NCBI GenBank assembly: GCA_963716255.1
Contig: OY970303.1
Location: forward strand, 2,048,001 to 2,112,000
Source: an uncultured Gemmatimonadales bacterium
GTDB taxonomy: Bacteria; Gemmatimonadota; Gemmatimonadetes; Longimicrobiales; Longimicrobiaceae
Direction of reading: 5' to 3'
DNA: 64,000 bases
The notes under the pieces are model-generated. The model was given only the letters and a program-made list of their open reading frames with translations. It searched no databases and was not told where the DNA came from. The stretch's first letter is position 1, and every line of letters begins with the position of its first letter. The translations under genes and the position numbers were made by a program. Positions 50,401 through 59,759 of this stretch are shown here, one piece after another.

Positions 50401-50505
50401 GTCCGTGACCCGCCCCGCGATGGTGCCCGTCGCCTGCGCGAGCAGCTGTCCGGGGACCGCGGCGATCGCGAGGCCGACTGCGAGTAGCCAACCAAGCTTC
50501 TTCAT
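47455..50505 (-). CDS. SusC/RagA TonB-dependent transporter
   Basis: MKKLGW..., GGAG RBS; IRIRGANS, DIENVEILKGPAAAALYG, FVKLREL, terminal F. Confidence 0.96.
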   Translation of the reverse strand: MKKLGWLLAVGLAIAAVPGQLLAQATGTIAGRVTDSQQQPIAGAQVIVVNGPSRTVTGQDGSYRIPGVRTGSVQVSATRIGYDTRVQTVAVAAGATATADFTLSSSALEIGGLVVTASGREQRQRELGNAIGTISAQDVELASVPTTTNLLQGRSPGVTVTQYSGTAGSAQRIRIRGANSVSLSNEPLLVIDGVRATLTDNFTNIATWQSPSRLNDINPEDIENVEILKGPAAAALYGTAAANGVIQITTKRGRAGRPRWSLNVERSELRDVTEYPASFSADRVAALSDQCRTFYVAEGLCTITGVKSFSPLEDPSTTVLRDGFRNQYGLSVSGGSESTTYYVAGEVQDEQGVIDLNKLDQASFRANLTTRPTDKLNLSVKTGYVNTGMSFPDNDNSLNGFMLNGLLGSSDSTVNQGYYAVPPDEMMEFNYGQESNRVTGSVNADFRPVGWLSLVATGGLDQVNRHDYELVEPNRVFNSFSANAPFGWRRSNRVQVSNFTGTVDGTATFPLMANLSSTTSVGTQYHRELYRDNRAYGVGLAPGTKSLQGTSRLFSVSENTTDNITLGAYVQQQFAWNDRLYLTAAIRGDENSAFGDEAGFITYPSVSASWVVSEEPFFPQVDVLSNLRLRAAYGRSGLRPSFRDAITYFAPVSVRTGGSEIPAVALATGGTNVGGTGNERLRPEIASEIEVGFESGFLEDRLGLELTYYNKTSKDALVRVPIPSSFGLTTNRFDNIGEVRNSGFEASLNANVLDRPNFEWDFTLTGSTNKNELLTLGEGIDPIYVTGPGRTTQRHLPGYSLGGYWQRRVEYQDLNGDGLLQALACLDGAEYGQAGCEVMLGDSLEYIGTPLPTREASFTTNFTLFNLVKVSGLLDYKGGHKQLNFTRFDRCAWEALCESVFNPDAASLRDQAGFIAYNYLEPNVNTYVFHEDADFVKLRELSVSLMLPERFAQRFGGSGLRLTVSGRNLKTWTDYTGFDPELNGYGIFSGNGGFSNYEYYTQPPLRYYTARVDVNF

Positions 50506-50807
50506 GCTGTCTCCTTGTGTTGCCGGTGTGTCCTGCGACCCACAGAACTCGTGGCGGCGGTTTCCGGCGGCCGCCGCCTCACTCGAACCACGGTGGCTCT
50601 CGACCGACTCCTTCGGGGCTGAGGTGGTGGGCATGCACACGGTTCGTCCCGTGTGGAGTGGCCGCGCAGGCGCGAAGCCCCACACCGGACGGGCCGGGGC
50701 GGGGTCAGACGCCGGGAAGCGCTGTGGGCGAGGGAGCTGCGGCCACGGCGGATTCGATCGGGAATCGGGTATGTCGGGCTGATTGCCCCGAAGGGGCCGG
50801 GGAGGGC

Positions 50808-50836
50808 AGAGTAGCCTTCGGCCGGGGCCTTGTCAA
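50808..50836 (-). promoter_or_regulatory. Sigma70 promoter for the second susC
   Basis: TTGACA-17-TACTCT. Confidence 0.7.
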
Positions 50837-50858
50837 TCGCCCCGGCCGGCGGCCGCGC

Positions 50859-51419
50859 TCAGAAGAGCGTCACGCCCACCAGGTACTGGTTGCGGCCCAG
50901 GTCGCTTCCCTGGTTCTCGGCGGCGGAGGTGCTCACCCGGCGGTACTGCGCGTCCAGCCCCAGCAGCGAGCCCAGCTGCACCCGCACCCCCACCTGGAAG
51001 CCCAGCTGGGTGCGGGTGTCCTCGATCTCCGGGGCCTGCGGGTCGTCCAGGTCCTCCTTGCTGAAGCGGCCCAGCCCGGCGTGGATCCCCGCGTACGGGG
51101 AGACGGGGAGCAGCGGCAGGTTGAGGAAGTAGTTGGCCTCGGCGAGCACCGTCAGCGAGCTGGTCTCCACGTCCTGGTCGGTGACCCCGCCGCTGGCGTA
51201 GCCGGACACTCCCACCCCGATCCCCAGGGGGAGGACGAACTCCGCGCCGATGCTGACGCCGTCGGCGTCGGGAAGGGTGTCGGCGCGCTCCTCGTTGATG
51301 GTGGACGAGTTGAAGATGTAGTGCCCCTTGAGCGCGAAGCCCTGCTGCGCGTGCGCCGCCGCCGCGGTGCCGAGCACGAGGAGGAGCGAGAAGAAGGCGC
51401 TGCGGATCCGGTTCTGCAT
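50859..51419 (-). CDS. Outer membrane beta-barrel protein (OmpA-like transmembrane domain)
   Basis: Signal peptide, PYAGIHAG, alternating strands, terminal F. Confidence 0.85.
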   Translation of the reverse strand: MQNRIRSAFFSLLLVLGTAAAAHAQQGFALKGHYIFNSSTINEERADTLPDADGVSIGAEFVLPLGIGVGVSGYASGGVTDQDVETSSLTVLAEANYFLNLPLLPVSPYAGIHAGLGRFSKEDLDDPQAPEIEDTRTQLGFQVGVRVQLGSLLGLDAQYRRVSTSAAENQGSDLGRNQYLVGVTLF

Positions 51420-51521
51420 GGTCGTGTGTACGCTGGTTCGTCGTGTGTCGCGGGGCCTGGCCCGGATCATACTTCCGGGGCGGCGCCCGGGGCAACCGCC
51501 GGGCGGCCGTCGGCGGCTCCG

Positions 51522-51944
51522 CTACAGGCGCACCGCGTCGGTCTCGCCCACCGCGGCCAGCAGCAGCGCGTCCGCGTCCGCGCGGCCGGAGATCAGCCGC
51601 TCCACGTCCCCGGCGGGATAGGAGGCCTCCACCACCTCGTCCACCCGCACCCGGTGGGCGCCCCCCGTATCCATGGCCACCGCGTCGGCGCGCCCGCCGG
51701 TGGGCCGCACCCCGCCCGGGAGCGTCGCGAAGGCGATGGCCGCGGCCGCGGCCGCCGGCACGAGCGCCGCGGCCCACCTCCCCGCGGCGCGCCTGCGGGC
51801 CACAGCGCGGCGATGCGCCAGCGGGAGCTCGGCGCGCGCCGCCACCGACGCCCGCAGGCGGTTCCAGTCCACTCCGTCCGCCGGGGGCGGATCGACCTCC
51901 CGCAGCGCGTCGGCGAGGCGGGGGTCGCGTGAAAGCTCGTCCAT
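51522..51944 (-). CDS. Putative anti-sigma factor (single TM)
   Basis: Directly follows the ECF gene; AAGGAG RBS; central hydrophobic helix. Confidence 0.65.
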   Translation of the reverse strand: MDELSRDPRLADALREVDPPPADGVDWNRLRASVAARAELPLAHRRAVARRRAAGRWAAALVPAAAAAAIAFATLPGGVRPTGGRADAVAMDTGGAHRVRVDEVVEASYPAGDVERLISGRADADALLLAAVGETDAVRL

Positions 51945-51946
51945 GC

Positions 51947-52537
51947 TCAGCACTCCTTGGCTTCGAAGGGCGCCAGCGCCTGCCGCAGCGCCCTGCGCGC
52001 CTCGTGCAGGTGCCAGCGCACCGTTCCTTCGGAGATCTCAAGGATCCCCGCGATCTCCGGGCTGGTGAACCCCTCCAGCTCGAACAGCTGTACCACCGTG
52101 CGCTGCCGCTGCGGGAGCCCGTCCAGCGCGGCGCGCAGCCCGTCTCGGAGTTCCGTCCGCTCCGCCTCGCGCTCCGGCGACGCTCCCCCGGCGGCCGCGG
52201 AGTCGGGGATCTCCTCCGTGGTCCGCAGAGAGCGCGCCTTGCGCGCGTTCAGCCCGCGGTTCACCAGGATGCGGAAGAACCACGGGGCGAAGCCGCGCCC
52301 CGGCTGGAAGGTGTCGATCCGCTCCAGCGCCGCGAGGAACGCCTCCTGGACCAGGTCCTCGGCGTCCTCGCGGTGCCCCATCAGCCGGTACGCAACCCCG
52401 AAGGCGCGGCGCATGTGCCGCTCCACCAGCTCGTCGAAGGCGCGGGCGTCGCCGCGGCGGACACGCTCCACCAGCGCCGAGTCCGCCGCGTCCTCCGGGG
52501 CGAGCGCCCGGGGAGGCGCGGGAAGGGTGTCGCTCAT
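51947..52537 (-). CDS. ECF RNA polymerase sigma factor
   Basis: DAEDLVQEAF, WFFRI, EIAGILEISEGTVRWHLHEAR. Confidence 0.93.
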   Translation of the reverse strand: MSDTLPAPPRALAPEDAADSALVERVRRGDARAFDELVERHMRRAFGVAYRLMGHREDAEDLVQEAFLAALERIDTFQPGRGFAPWFFRILVNRGLNARKARSLRTTEEIPDSAAAGGASPEREAERTELRDGLRAALDGLPQRQRTVVQLFELEGFTSPEIAGILEISEGTVRWHLHEARRALRQALAPFEAKEC

Positions 52538-52556
52538 GCGCCGCGGCGGCGCCCGC

Positions 52557-53111
52557 TCAGGAATCGCCGCGCGGGCGCGCGGGCGCCCCGCCCCGCCGCT
52601 CGCGCACGCGCTCCCGGGCCTCGGTCCGGCGCTCGCGCACCAGGGCGCGGGCGCGGCGCTTCTGCTCGGGGGTGAGCACCCGCTGCGCCTCCTCCATCGC
52701 CCGGCGGGTGTTGGCCCGCATCCGCTCCACCACGGGCCGCATCTGCGGCGGCAGCCCCTCGCCGCGCGCGCGCTCCTCGCGCAGGCGGCGCAGGGTGTCG
52801 CGGCGCTGCTCCGGCGACAGGCGCCCGACCTGGGCGCGGCGCCGCTCCACGAACTCTTCGCGCTGGCGGCGCAGCTGCTGCCGCAGCGGCCGGTTGCGCT
52901 CCTCCAGCGCCCGGCCCACGGCTTCCAGCCGCGCCACCTGGGCGCGGCTCAGGCGCAGCTCCCCGCGGTGGCGGAGCAGGGCCGCGAAGGGTACTTCCCC
53001 CTCCCGCTCCTCCGCCTGGACCCAGGGGGACGGCGCTCCGTCCTGCGCGCGGACGGGAGCGGGGACGGCGGCCGTCAGCGCGGCGAGGAGGGCGAGGTAA
53101 GGCTTCCACAT
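52557..53111 (-). CDS. Spy/CpxP-like periplasmic helical protein
   Basis: Signal peptide; ELRLSRAQ and VLTPEQK (LTxxQ) motifs. Confidence 0.75.
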   Translation of the reverse strand: MWKPYLALLAALTAAVPAPVRAQDGAPSPWVQAEEREGEVPFAALLRHRGELRLSRAQVARLEAVGRALEERNRPLRQQLRRQREEFVERRRAQVGRLSPEQRRDTLRRLREERARGEGLPPQMRPVVERMRANTRRAMEEAQRVLTPEQKRRARALVRERRTEARERVRERRGGAPARPRGDS

Positions 53112-53315
53112 GGCCTGGTGTCCCGGAGTCTGAAACGCGCGGGCCCGCGGCACCGTAGTCGACGGGGGCCCCCGGTGTGCTTTACCGCCGAGCCGCCCCG
53201 AGCGTTGGGTGGCGCGCGCGCACACAGATTTTTCTTGCTCCCCCGCGGCCCGCGCGTATCTTGGACCCGCGAGGTGAGCACCGTTCACTTCATACCCCAG
53301 AGAGCGGAGGACGGC

Positions 53316-53864
53316 ATGGCGGACGTAACGCACGGGTCGCTGGTGCAGCGGATGATGGGCGCGGCGATGCTCAACGCCGCCACGTACGAGGAGGTGGAGG
53401 CGGACCGCACGGCGACCGGCCAGGCCGCCATGGTGGTGGGGATCGTGGCGGTGGCCACGGCCATCGGGGCGATCGGCGACGGGGCCAGCGGGATCATCGC
53501 GGGGCTGCTCTCGGCCTTCCTGGGATGGATCGTCTGGTCGGCCATCACCTACTTCGTCGGCACCAAGCTCTTCGGTGGGACCGCGGACATGGGCGAGATG
53601 CTGCGCACCATCGGGTTCGCGCAGTCGCCCGGCGTCCTCAACATCCTGGGCATCATCCCCATCCTGGGCGGGCTGGTGCGCTTCGCGGTGCTCATCTGGA
53701 TCCTGGTCGCGGCGGTCGTCGCCATCCGGCAGGCGCTGGACTTCGACACCGGCAAGGCCGTGGGGACCGCGCTGGTGGGGGCGGTGGCGTACTTCGCCAT
53801 CATGATGGTGGTCGGGCTCGTGTTCGGCGGCATGGCCATGCTGGGCGGCGCCCTGGCGGGCTGA
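53316..53864 (+). CDS. YIP1 family membrane protein
   Basis: YEEVEAD, RTIGFAQSP, AIRQALD; GGAGG RBS; about 5 TMs. Confidence 0.85.
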   Translation: MADVTHGSLVQRMMGAAMLNAATYEEVEADRTATGQAAMVVGIVAVATAIGAIGDGASGIIAGLLSAFLGWIVWSAITYFVGTKLFGGTADMGEMLRTIGFAQSPGVLNILGIIPILGGLVRFAVLIWILVAAVVAIRQALDFDTGKAVGTALVGAVAYFAIMMVVGLVFGGMAMLGGALAG

Positions 53865-53997
53865 CGGACCCGGGGGGCGCCGCGCAAGCGGCGCCCCCTC
53901 TCGCGGCACCCCTCCCTGCATCTCCCTTCCCTTCCATATCTTTAGCTCTCTGGCCACGCCTGCGCGTCCGCTCCCGGACGGGTGCGGCGGCGGCCGG

Positions 53998-54023
53998 GCA
54001 ACCCTTCCGCCAGGTCCGGCGTC
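53998..54023 (+). promoter_or_regulatory. Candidate ECF-type promoter
   Basis: GCAACC-16-CGTC just upstream of the ECF gene. Confidence 0.5.
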
Positions 54024-54051
54024 TCACTTCACAGGACCCGCGAACGGACCA

Positions 54052-54606
54052 ATGAACGAGAGCCAGCTCATCCACAGTGCCAGGCAGGGCGACGGCGGCG
54101 CGATCCAGGCCCTCTACGGCCTGTACTCGCGGCGGGTGTACGCGGTCGTGCGCCGGCTGGCCGGCGAGGACGCCCTGGCGGAGGACTGGGCCCAGGAGAC
54201 CTGGATCCGCGCGGTCCGCGCGCTACCGGCCTTCCGCGGCGACTCCCGCTTCTCCACCTGGCTGCACCGGATCGCGGTGAACACCGCGCTGCACGCCCGC
54301 CGCTCGCGGGAGCGCAAGGCCGGGCGGGAGGAGCCCCTGCACGACGAGTTCATCACCCGGCCGGAGGGCGGGGACGCGCTGCTCCGGCTGCGGCTGGAGC
54401 GGGCCATCGCGAAGCTCCCGGAGGGAATGCGCAGGGTCCTGGTCCTCCACGACGTGGAGGGGTACACGCACGAAGAGATCGGGGAGATGCTGGGGGTCGC
54501 CGCGGGGACGTGCAAGAGCCAGCTGTTCAAGGCCCGCGCACGCATGCGGCAGATGCTGGCCACGGCGTACGAACCGGAGGAAGGAGTGGAGACATGCAGC
54601 ACCTGA
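54052..54606 (+). CDS. ECF RNA polymerase sigma factor
   Basis: AEDWAQE, FSTWLHRIAVN, HEEIGEMLG..GTCKSQLFKAR. Confidence 0.94.
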   Translation: MNESQLIHSARQGDGGAIQALYGLYSRRVYAVVRRLAGEDALAEDWAQETWIRAVRALPAFRGDSRFSTWLHRIAVNTALHARRSRERKAGREEPLHDEFITRPEGGDALLRLRLERAIAKLPEGMRRVLVLHDVEGYTHEEIGEMLGVAAGTCKSQLFKARARMRQMLATAYEPEEGVETCST

Positions 54607-55406
54607 CGCTCGAAACGGTCGCGCGCCTCGTGGACGAGCCCCCGGAGCCCGAGGAGTCGCTGCACCTGAGGGAATGCCTGGCCTGCCGGCGCGAGCTGGT
54701 GGAGATGCGGGCGCAGACGCAGGAACTGGCGCGCCTGGCCGACCCGGAGCCCTCGCCCTTCGCCTGGGCGGCGCTGGAAGCCCGGCTGACGGAGGAAGGG
54801 CTGGTCCGCGGCCGCGCGTCCGCTCCGCGGGAGCACGCCTGGCTGCGCGCCGCGGCCGCGGTGGCGCTGCTGGTGATGGGCGGCGCGGGGGGGATGGCCG
54901 TGTGGAGCCGCGGCGGCGGGACCGGACCCGCGGCCGGGCCCGACCTGCTCGCGCCCCAGGTGGCGGTGGCGCCCGCCCCGGAGCGGGAGCCCGCCGACCC
55001 GGCCGCGGCCGGGCCCGGCGCGGCGCCCCCCGCCGCCGGGGCGGTGCGGACCGTCGCCAACACGCCCGCCACGCTGGCCGCGGCGGGCGGCGGGGCGGCC
55101 CGGCGGGTGGCCGTGGCGGACGACTCCCCGCGCGCCGAGCAGCGGCGGGAGGCCACGGCCGCGCTGGAAAGCGCCGAGCGCGACTACCTGCAGGCGCTGG
55201 CCGGGTACGCGGAGTCCGCCAGCGCGGAGGACGCCGACCCGGTGACCCGCCTGGCCACGCTGGAAGGAATGGTGCGCGCCACCCGCCACGCCCTGGAGCG
55301 CGCGCCGGAGGACCCCGTGATCAACGGCTACCACCTGGCCGCCATGGGTCAGCGGGACGCCATGCTCCGGCAGATCGCGCGGAGCTCGGAGGAAACCTGG
55401 TACTGA
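54594..55406 (+). CDS. Zinc-finger anti-sigma factor
   Basis: HLRECLAC (HxxxCxxC), TM helix, C-terminal helical domain. Confidence 0.85.
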   Translation: MQHLTLETVARLVDEPPEPEESLHLRECLACRRELVEMRAQTQELARLADPEPSPFAWAALEARLTEEGLVRGRASAPREHAWLRAAAAVALLVMGGAGGMAVWSRGGGTGPAAGPDLLAPQVAVAPAPEREPADPAAAGPGAAPPAAGAVRTVANTPATLAAAGGGAARRVAVADDSPRAEQRREATAALESAERDYLQALAGYAESASAEDADPVTRLATLEGMVRATRHALERAPEDPVINGYHLAAMGQRDAMLRQIARSSEETWY

Positions 55407-55426
55407 CCGATCTGGAGAAAGTCGAC

Positions 55427-56401
55427 ATGATGCGACGAAACGCTTTCATCGCCCTCTGCGCGGCCCTGGCCCTGCTGGGGACGCTCCCCGCGGCGGCGCA
55501 GGACCGCCGCGAGACCGACCCGGTCCGGCGGCCCACGGTGCTCCGGGAGACCGAGCCCCGGGGCTGGCTGGGGATCGCGCTGGACTGGTCGGGCGGCGAG
55601 GGCCGCCCGGTGACGGTGCAGGCGGTGGCCCCCGAGTCCCCCGCGGCGCGCGCCGGGGTGGCGCGCGGCGACACCGTGCTGCGAATGGACGGCGAGGCGG
55701 CCACCGCGGATGCGGTACGCAGGCTGAACCCCGCGCCCGGCGACACCGTGCGGTTCCGCCTGCGGCGGGACGGCCGGGAGCGCGAGGTGCGCGTGGTGGC
55801 CGGCGAGCGCGAGCAGGACGTGATCGTCTTCCGCCGCGGCGACCGGGTGACGATGATCCACCCCGACTCGGTGCGCGAGCGCATGGCGATCCGGCTGGAC
55901 ACCGTCGGGGCCCACCTGGACAGCCTCTTCGTGCGCATGGACAGCCTGCGGGTGGGCACGCAGGCGCGGCGGCTCTTCCGCACCCTCCCCATGCGGCTGG
56001 ACAGCCTGGTGGAGCGGGAGGTCTTCCGGACGACCGAGCCCTTCAGCATCGAGGTGGGCTCCAGGGCGCTGGCGGGCGCGGAGTTCACCCAGCTGAACGC
56101 GGGGCTGGGGCGCTACTTCCAGACGGAGAAGGGGATGCTGGTGCTGCGGGTCGCCCCGGGGAGCCCGGCGGCGCGGGCGGGGCTGGAGTCCGGCGACGTG
56201 GTGGTGCGCGCCAACGGGCGCGACGTGGAAACCCTCCGCGACCTGCGGCAGGCGGTGGGGGCGGCCGAGGACCCCACCGCGAAGCTGGAGGTGATCCGGC
56301 AGGGACGCCGGCGGGAGATGACCATGCGCTGGGAGCGCGGCGCCGAGCCGGAGGTGCGGATCTTCCGCGACGGCAGGCGGATCCCCGCGACGGCGCACTG
56401 A
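55427..56401 (+). CDS. Exported tandem-PDZ protein
   Basis: Signal peptide; GWLGI..SPAARAGVARGD and GSPAARAGLESGD; no protease motif. Confidence 0.88.
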   Translation: MMRRNAFIALCAALALLGTLPAAAQDRRETDPVRRPTVLRETEPRGWLGIALDWSGGEGRPVTVQAVAPESPAARAGVARGDTVLRMDGEAATADAVRRLNPAPGDTVRFRLRRDGREREVRVVAGEREQDVIVFRRGDRVTMIHPDSVRERMAIRLDTVGAHLDSLFVRMDSLRVGTQARRLFRTLPMRLDSLVEREVFRTTEPFSIEVGSRALAGAEFTQLNAGLGRYFQTEKGMLVLRVAPGSPAARAGLESGDVVVRANGRDVETLRDLRQAVGAAEDPTAKLEVIRQGRRREMTMRWERGAEPEVRIFRDGRRIPATAH

Positions 56402-56548
56402 GGGGCGCGGGCCCGGCCGGAAGGCCGGGTCAGCGCGGTTTTCCGGGGGTCCGGGGAGGCGGGCGGCGCGGTTGCGCGCGGCCCGCCTCTCGCGTATCGT
56501 CCCCCGTCCGGCAGCCCTCGGCCCCATCCACCCTCCGCGCCGCACCCG

Positions 56549-57676
56549 ATGCTGAAGCGCCTGTTCTCCGGCGGCAACGCCCTCAACCTGCTGCTCGTCT
56601 TCGTCCCCGTCGCCATGCTGATGGAGTGGGTCTTCCACTCCCCCCCCATGTGGATCTTCGTGATCGCCTGCCTGGGAATCATCCCGCTCGCCGGGCTCAT
56701 GGGGCACGCCACGGAGGACATCTCGGAGCGGGTGGGCGAGGGGCTGGGAGGCCTGCTCAACGCCACCTTCGGCAACGCCGCGGAGCTGATCATCGCCATC
56801 GTGGCGCTGCGTGCCGGGCTGTACGACCTGGTGAAGGCGTCCATCACCGGCTCCATCATCGGCAACGTGCTGCTGGTGTTCGGGCTGAGCGCCATGGTGG
56901 GGGGGTTCCGCTTCCAGACGCAGCGCTTCAACCGCACCGCGGCCGGGCTGGGCTCCACGCTGCTGGTGCTGAGCGCGGTGGGGCTGGTGGTGCCCGCCAT
57001 CTTCCACCACCTGGTGGGCGCCACCGCGCCGGAGGCCGAGCGCAACCTGAGCCTGGAGATCTCCATCGTCCTGATGGCGACCTACGTGGCCAGCCTGGTG
57101 TTCACGCTCCGCACCCACAAGCACCTGTACATGGGCGACGCCGCCACCGAGGAGGACGGGAGCGCGGCGGCCGCGCACGGCGCCGGCGGGGAGCACGGGC
57201 CGCGCAAGTCCATGGGCCGGGCGGTGGGGCTGCTGCTGGCGGCGACGGTGGGCGTGGCGGTCATGGCGGAGTTCCTGGTGGCGGCCGCGTCGGAGACGGC
57301 GGAGCAGCTGGGGTGGAGCGAGGTGTTCGTGGGCGTGATCGTGGTCGCCATCATCGGCAACGCGGCGGAGCACTCCACGGCTATCATCATGGCCGCCAAG
57401 AACAAGATGGACGCCGCCATCAACATCGCGGTGGGCTCGTCCATCCAGGTGGCGCTGTTCGTGGCGCCGCTGCTGGTGTTCCTGAGCTACGCCATCGGCG
57501 GGCGCGGGCCCATGGACCTGATCTTCACCCCGCTGGAGGTGCTGGCCGTGGCCACGTGCGTGGGGATCATGGCCTTTTCCGCAAACGACGGGGAGACGCA
57601 CTGGATGGAGGGGGTGCAGCTGCTGGCCGTGTACGTGATCCTGGGGATCGCGTTCTTTTTCCTGCCGGTGCACTGA
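56549..57676 (+). CDS. cax: Calcium/proton exchanger
   Basis: [10 protein letters not shown] and IIGNAAEH repeats; GSSIQVALF; upstream TTGCGC-17-TATCGT. Confidence 0.94.
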   Translation: MLKRLFSGGNALNLLLVFVPVAMLMEWVFHSPPMWIFVIACLGIIPLAGLMGHATEDISERVGEGLGGLLNATFGNAAELIIAIVALRAGLYDLVKASITGSIIGNVLLVFGLSAMVGGFRFQTQRFNRTAAGLGSTLLVLSAVGLVVPAIFHHLVGATAPEAERNLSLEISIVLMATYVASLVFTLRTHKHLYMGDAATEEDGSAAAAHGAGGEHGPRKSMGRAVGLLLAATVGVAVMAEFLVAAASETAEQLGWSEVFVGVIVVAIIGNAAEHSTAIIMAAKNKMDAAINIAVGSSIQVALFVAPLLVFLSYAIGGRGPMDLIFTPLEVLAVATCVGIMAFSANDGETHWMEGVQLLAVYVILGIAFFFLPVH

Positions 57677-57708
57677 GGGGAACGGCAGGGCCTGGAACGG
57701 CAGGGTCC

Positions 57709-57839
57709 GGGCGTGCCCCCCGCGGGGCGCGGGGGTCGGGCTTCGGCTCCGTAGGGCTGCAGACAACGCAGCCCAACGGAGTCGAGCCCCAACGATACGA
57801 CCGTTGGGTCTCGCCCCTTCGGGCCGGAATCCCTCACGC
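57709..57839 (+). repeat. Module A, copy 6 (most divergent)
   Basis: Variant first hairpin CCCCCGCG/CGCGGGGG and third hairpin CCCAACG/CGTTGGG. Confidence 0.93.
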
Positions 57840-57851
57840 GGCTCCGATGTG

Positions 57852-57893
57852 AGCAGAGAGCCCCGTCCGGCGCGCCGGACGGGGCTCTCTGCT
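57852..57893. terminator. Bidirectional terminator
   Basis: AGCAGAGAGCCCCGTCCGG / CCGGACGGGGCTCTCTGCT between convergent genes. Confidence 0.8.
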
Positions 57894-57906
57894 TTCGCGC
57901 GGCGGT

Positions 57907-58173
57907 TCAGCGCGGGTTGGACCCGCCACCCATGGGCATGATCGGCGCGGACTCCTCCAGCGTGCTGCGGCGCGAGTCGGCGATGCGCCACACCAGCGCG
58001 GCCACGATCACGAGCGCGATGACGATGCCGGCGATCAGGGCGACGCGGCGGGCGGCGGGCGGCCTCCACACCTCCGGGCTCTGCGTGTGGTGGCGCTGGG
58101 CGCCGCACAGGGGGCACGAAGCCTGGGACGGCTCGATCTCCGAGCCGCAGTTCTGGCACACGATCGGGGGCAT
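57907..58173 (-). CDS. Small zinc-ribbon membrane protein (88 aa)
   Basis: CQNCG..CPLCG plus a TM helix; GGAG RBS. Confidence 0.8.
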   Translation of the reverse strand: MPPIVCQNCGSEIEPSQASCPLCGAQRHHTQSPEVWRPPAARRVALIAGIVIALVIVAALVWRIADSRRSTLEESAPIMPMGGGSNPR

Positions 58174-58234
58174 GGCTCCACGCGCTGGGGTCCCGCGGTC
58201 CGCTCTCCCCGGGGGCCCGGGGAGGCGGGGAGCC

Positions 58235-58251
58235 ATGCATTTTCGGAGCCG
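58235..58251 (-). promoter_or_regulatory. Candidate sigma54 promoter
   Basis: CGGCTCCGAAAATGCAT (GG-N10-GC). Confidence 0.4.
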
Positions 58252-58379
58252 CGGTCAGGCCCGGGGAAGCACGAACACGATCCTGCGCCGCGCCGAGGCC
58301 ATCCCCACGAACCGGCCGTGCGCGCCCGTGATCCTCCCGGAGGCGTTCTTCTCGCGCACGGAGGCGCCGCCGGACGGGA

Positions 58380-59174
58380 TCAGGGACGGACGGTGAAGAC
58401 CACTTCGGAGCCGGAGCTGTCTGAGGCGGGCGCGAGGAGCCGGATCCCCTCGCCGTCCTTGCGGAAGTACGGGCGCCCGTCCACCTCCACCACGGCGCTG
58501 CGGGCCCCGCGCGGGATGGCCACCTCCACCTCGCCGGCCCCGGCGCCCGACACCTCCACGCGCCCCGGCCCGGTTCGGAACCGTGCGCCGGAGGCGAGGC
58601 CGCTGGCGCGCACGTCGGAGTAGGTGTCGTCGGACAGGCGCACGCGGATGCGCAGCTCGGGCGAGGGCGCGGTGAGCACCACCCGCACGCGCCCCAGCTC
58701 CGGGAGCACGGATACGCCTGCCGCGGACGCGGCGTGGCCGCCGACGGGGGCGGCGCCCGGCGCGCCGCCCGGGACCCCGGCGGCCGGGGAGCCCCGGCCG
58801 GGGGCGGCGGAGGGCGCGACGCGGTGCACCAGGCCGGCGATCCAGCCGCGCACCGGCGAGCCGCGCACCGTGGCGGAGGCCACGGTCGCCACGCCCAGCA
58901 CCAGCACGGCGGCGCGCCGCACCACCTGCCCGGCGTCCACGCCCACCCACCGCCGCCGGCGCCGCGAGGCCGCGGCGAGGGCCCGCCCGGTGGGGGCGGG
59001 GCGGTCCACGCGCGCCAGCGCGCTGGTGAGCGCGGCCGCGGCGGTGCGCAGCCCCTCGGCCTCGCCGCGGCAGGAGGAGCACCCCCGCAGGTGCAGCTCC
59101 ACCTCCGCGCGGTCGGCCCGCGGCAGCTCGCCGTCGAGGAGCGCCTGGAGTGTCCCTTCGGCCGGGTGGCTCAT
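58380..59174 (-). CDS. zf-HC2 anti-sigma factor
   Basis: LLDGEL..HLRGCSSC; TM; ATGA overlap with the sigma gene. Confidence 0.88.
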   Translation of the reverse strand: MSHPAEGTLQALLDGELPRADRAEVELHLRGCSSCRGEAEGLRTAAAALTSALARVDRPAPTGRALAAASRRRRRWVGVDAGQVVRRAAVLVLGVATVASATVRGSPVRGWIAGLVHRVAPSAAPGRGSPAAGVPGGAPGAAPVGGHAASAAGVSVLPELGRVRVVLTAPSPELRIRVRLSDDTYSDVRASGLASGARFRTGPGRVEVSGAGAGEVEVAIPRGARSAVVEVDGRPYFRKDGEGIRLLAPASDSSGSEVVFTVRP

Positions 59175-59656
59175 CCCTCGTCCTCCCCCGTCTGGTACGC
59201 CTGGGTGAACCTGCGCAGGGCGCGTGCGATCAGCGTCCCCACCGAGCCCGGCGCCACTCCGGCCGCCCGGGCGATCTCCGCGTACGAGAAGCCTTCCTCG
59301 CGCATCAGCAGCAGCTCGCGGTCGCGCGCCGCGAGGTGGTCCAGCGCATGGCGCACCGCGGCGATGCGCGCCTCCCGCTCCACCCCTTCGTCGGGCGCGG
59401 GAAAGGTGCCGGGGAGCACCGGCTCCGCCGCCAGGATCCTCGCCCGCCGCGCCTGCTTCCGCGCGCCGTCGCGCACCAGGTTGGTGGCCACGGTGAACAG
59501 CCACACCCGTACCCCGTCCCCGGACACCCGGCGCCCCAGGAGCCGCACGAACGACTCCTGCGCCAGGTCCTCGGCGACGTCCGCGTCCCCCGTCAGGCGG
59601 TGAAGGTACCGGAAGAGCGACGGGTACAGGGTGCGAAAGGTTTGCTCGAAGTCCAC
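59171..59656 (-). CDS. ECF RNA polymerase sigma factor
   Basis: AEDLAQESF, WLFTVATN, GFSYAEIA..GSVGTLIAR; start uncertain (the track extension is repeat-derived). Confidence 0.9.
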   Translation of the reverse strand: MDFEQTFRTLYPSLFRYLHRLTGDADVAEDLAQESFVRLLGRRVSGDGVRVWLFTVATNLVRDGARKQARRARILAAEPVLPGTFPAPDEGVEREARIAAVRHALDHLAARDRELLLMREEGFSYAEIARAAGVAPGSVGTLIARALRRFTQAYQTGEDEG

Positions 59657-59759
59657 GGGCGGCGGGCGGAGGTCCGGATCGTTCGGCTGGAGGAGGAACG
59701 CGCGGGCGTCGGGGATTGTGACAGACGGAAGGGGACAGGGGACAGCCTGCGACGGCGGA

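Noticed and set aside
57679..57705. 12-bp direct repeat GGAACGGCAGGG before copy 6, considered as a target-site duplication
   Set aside because: Both copies are on the same side of the element, and no duplication flanks the other copies.
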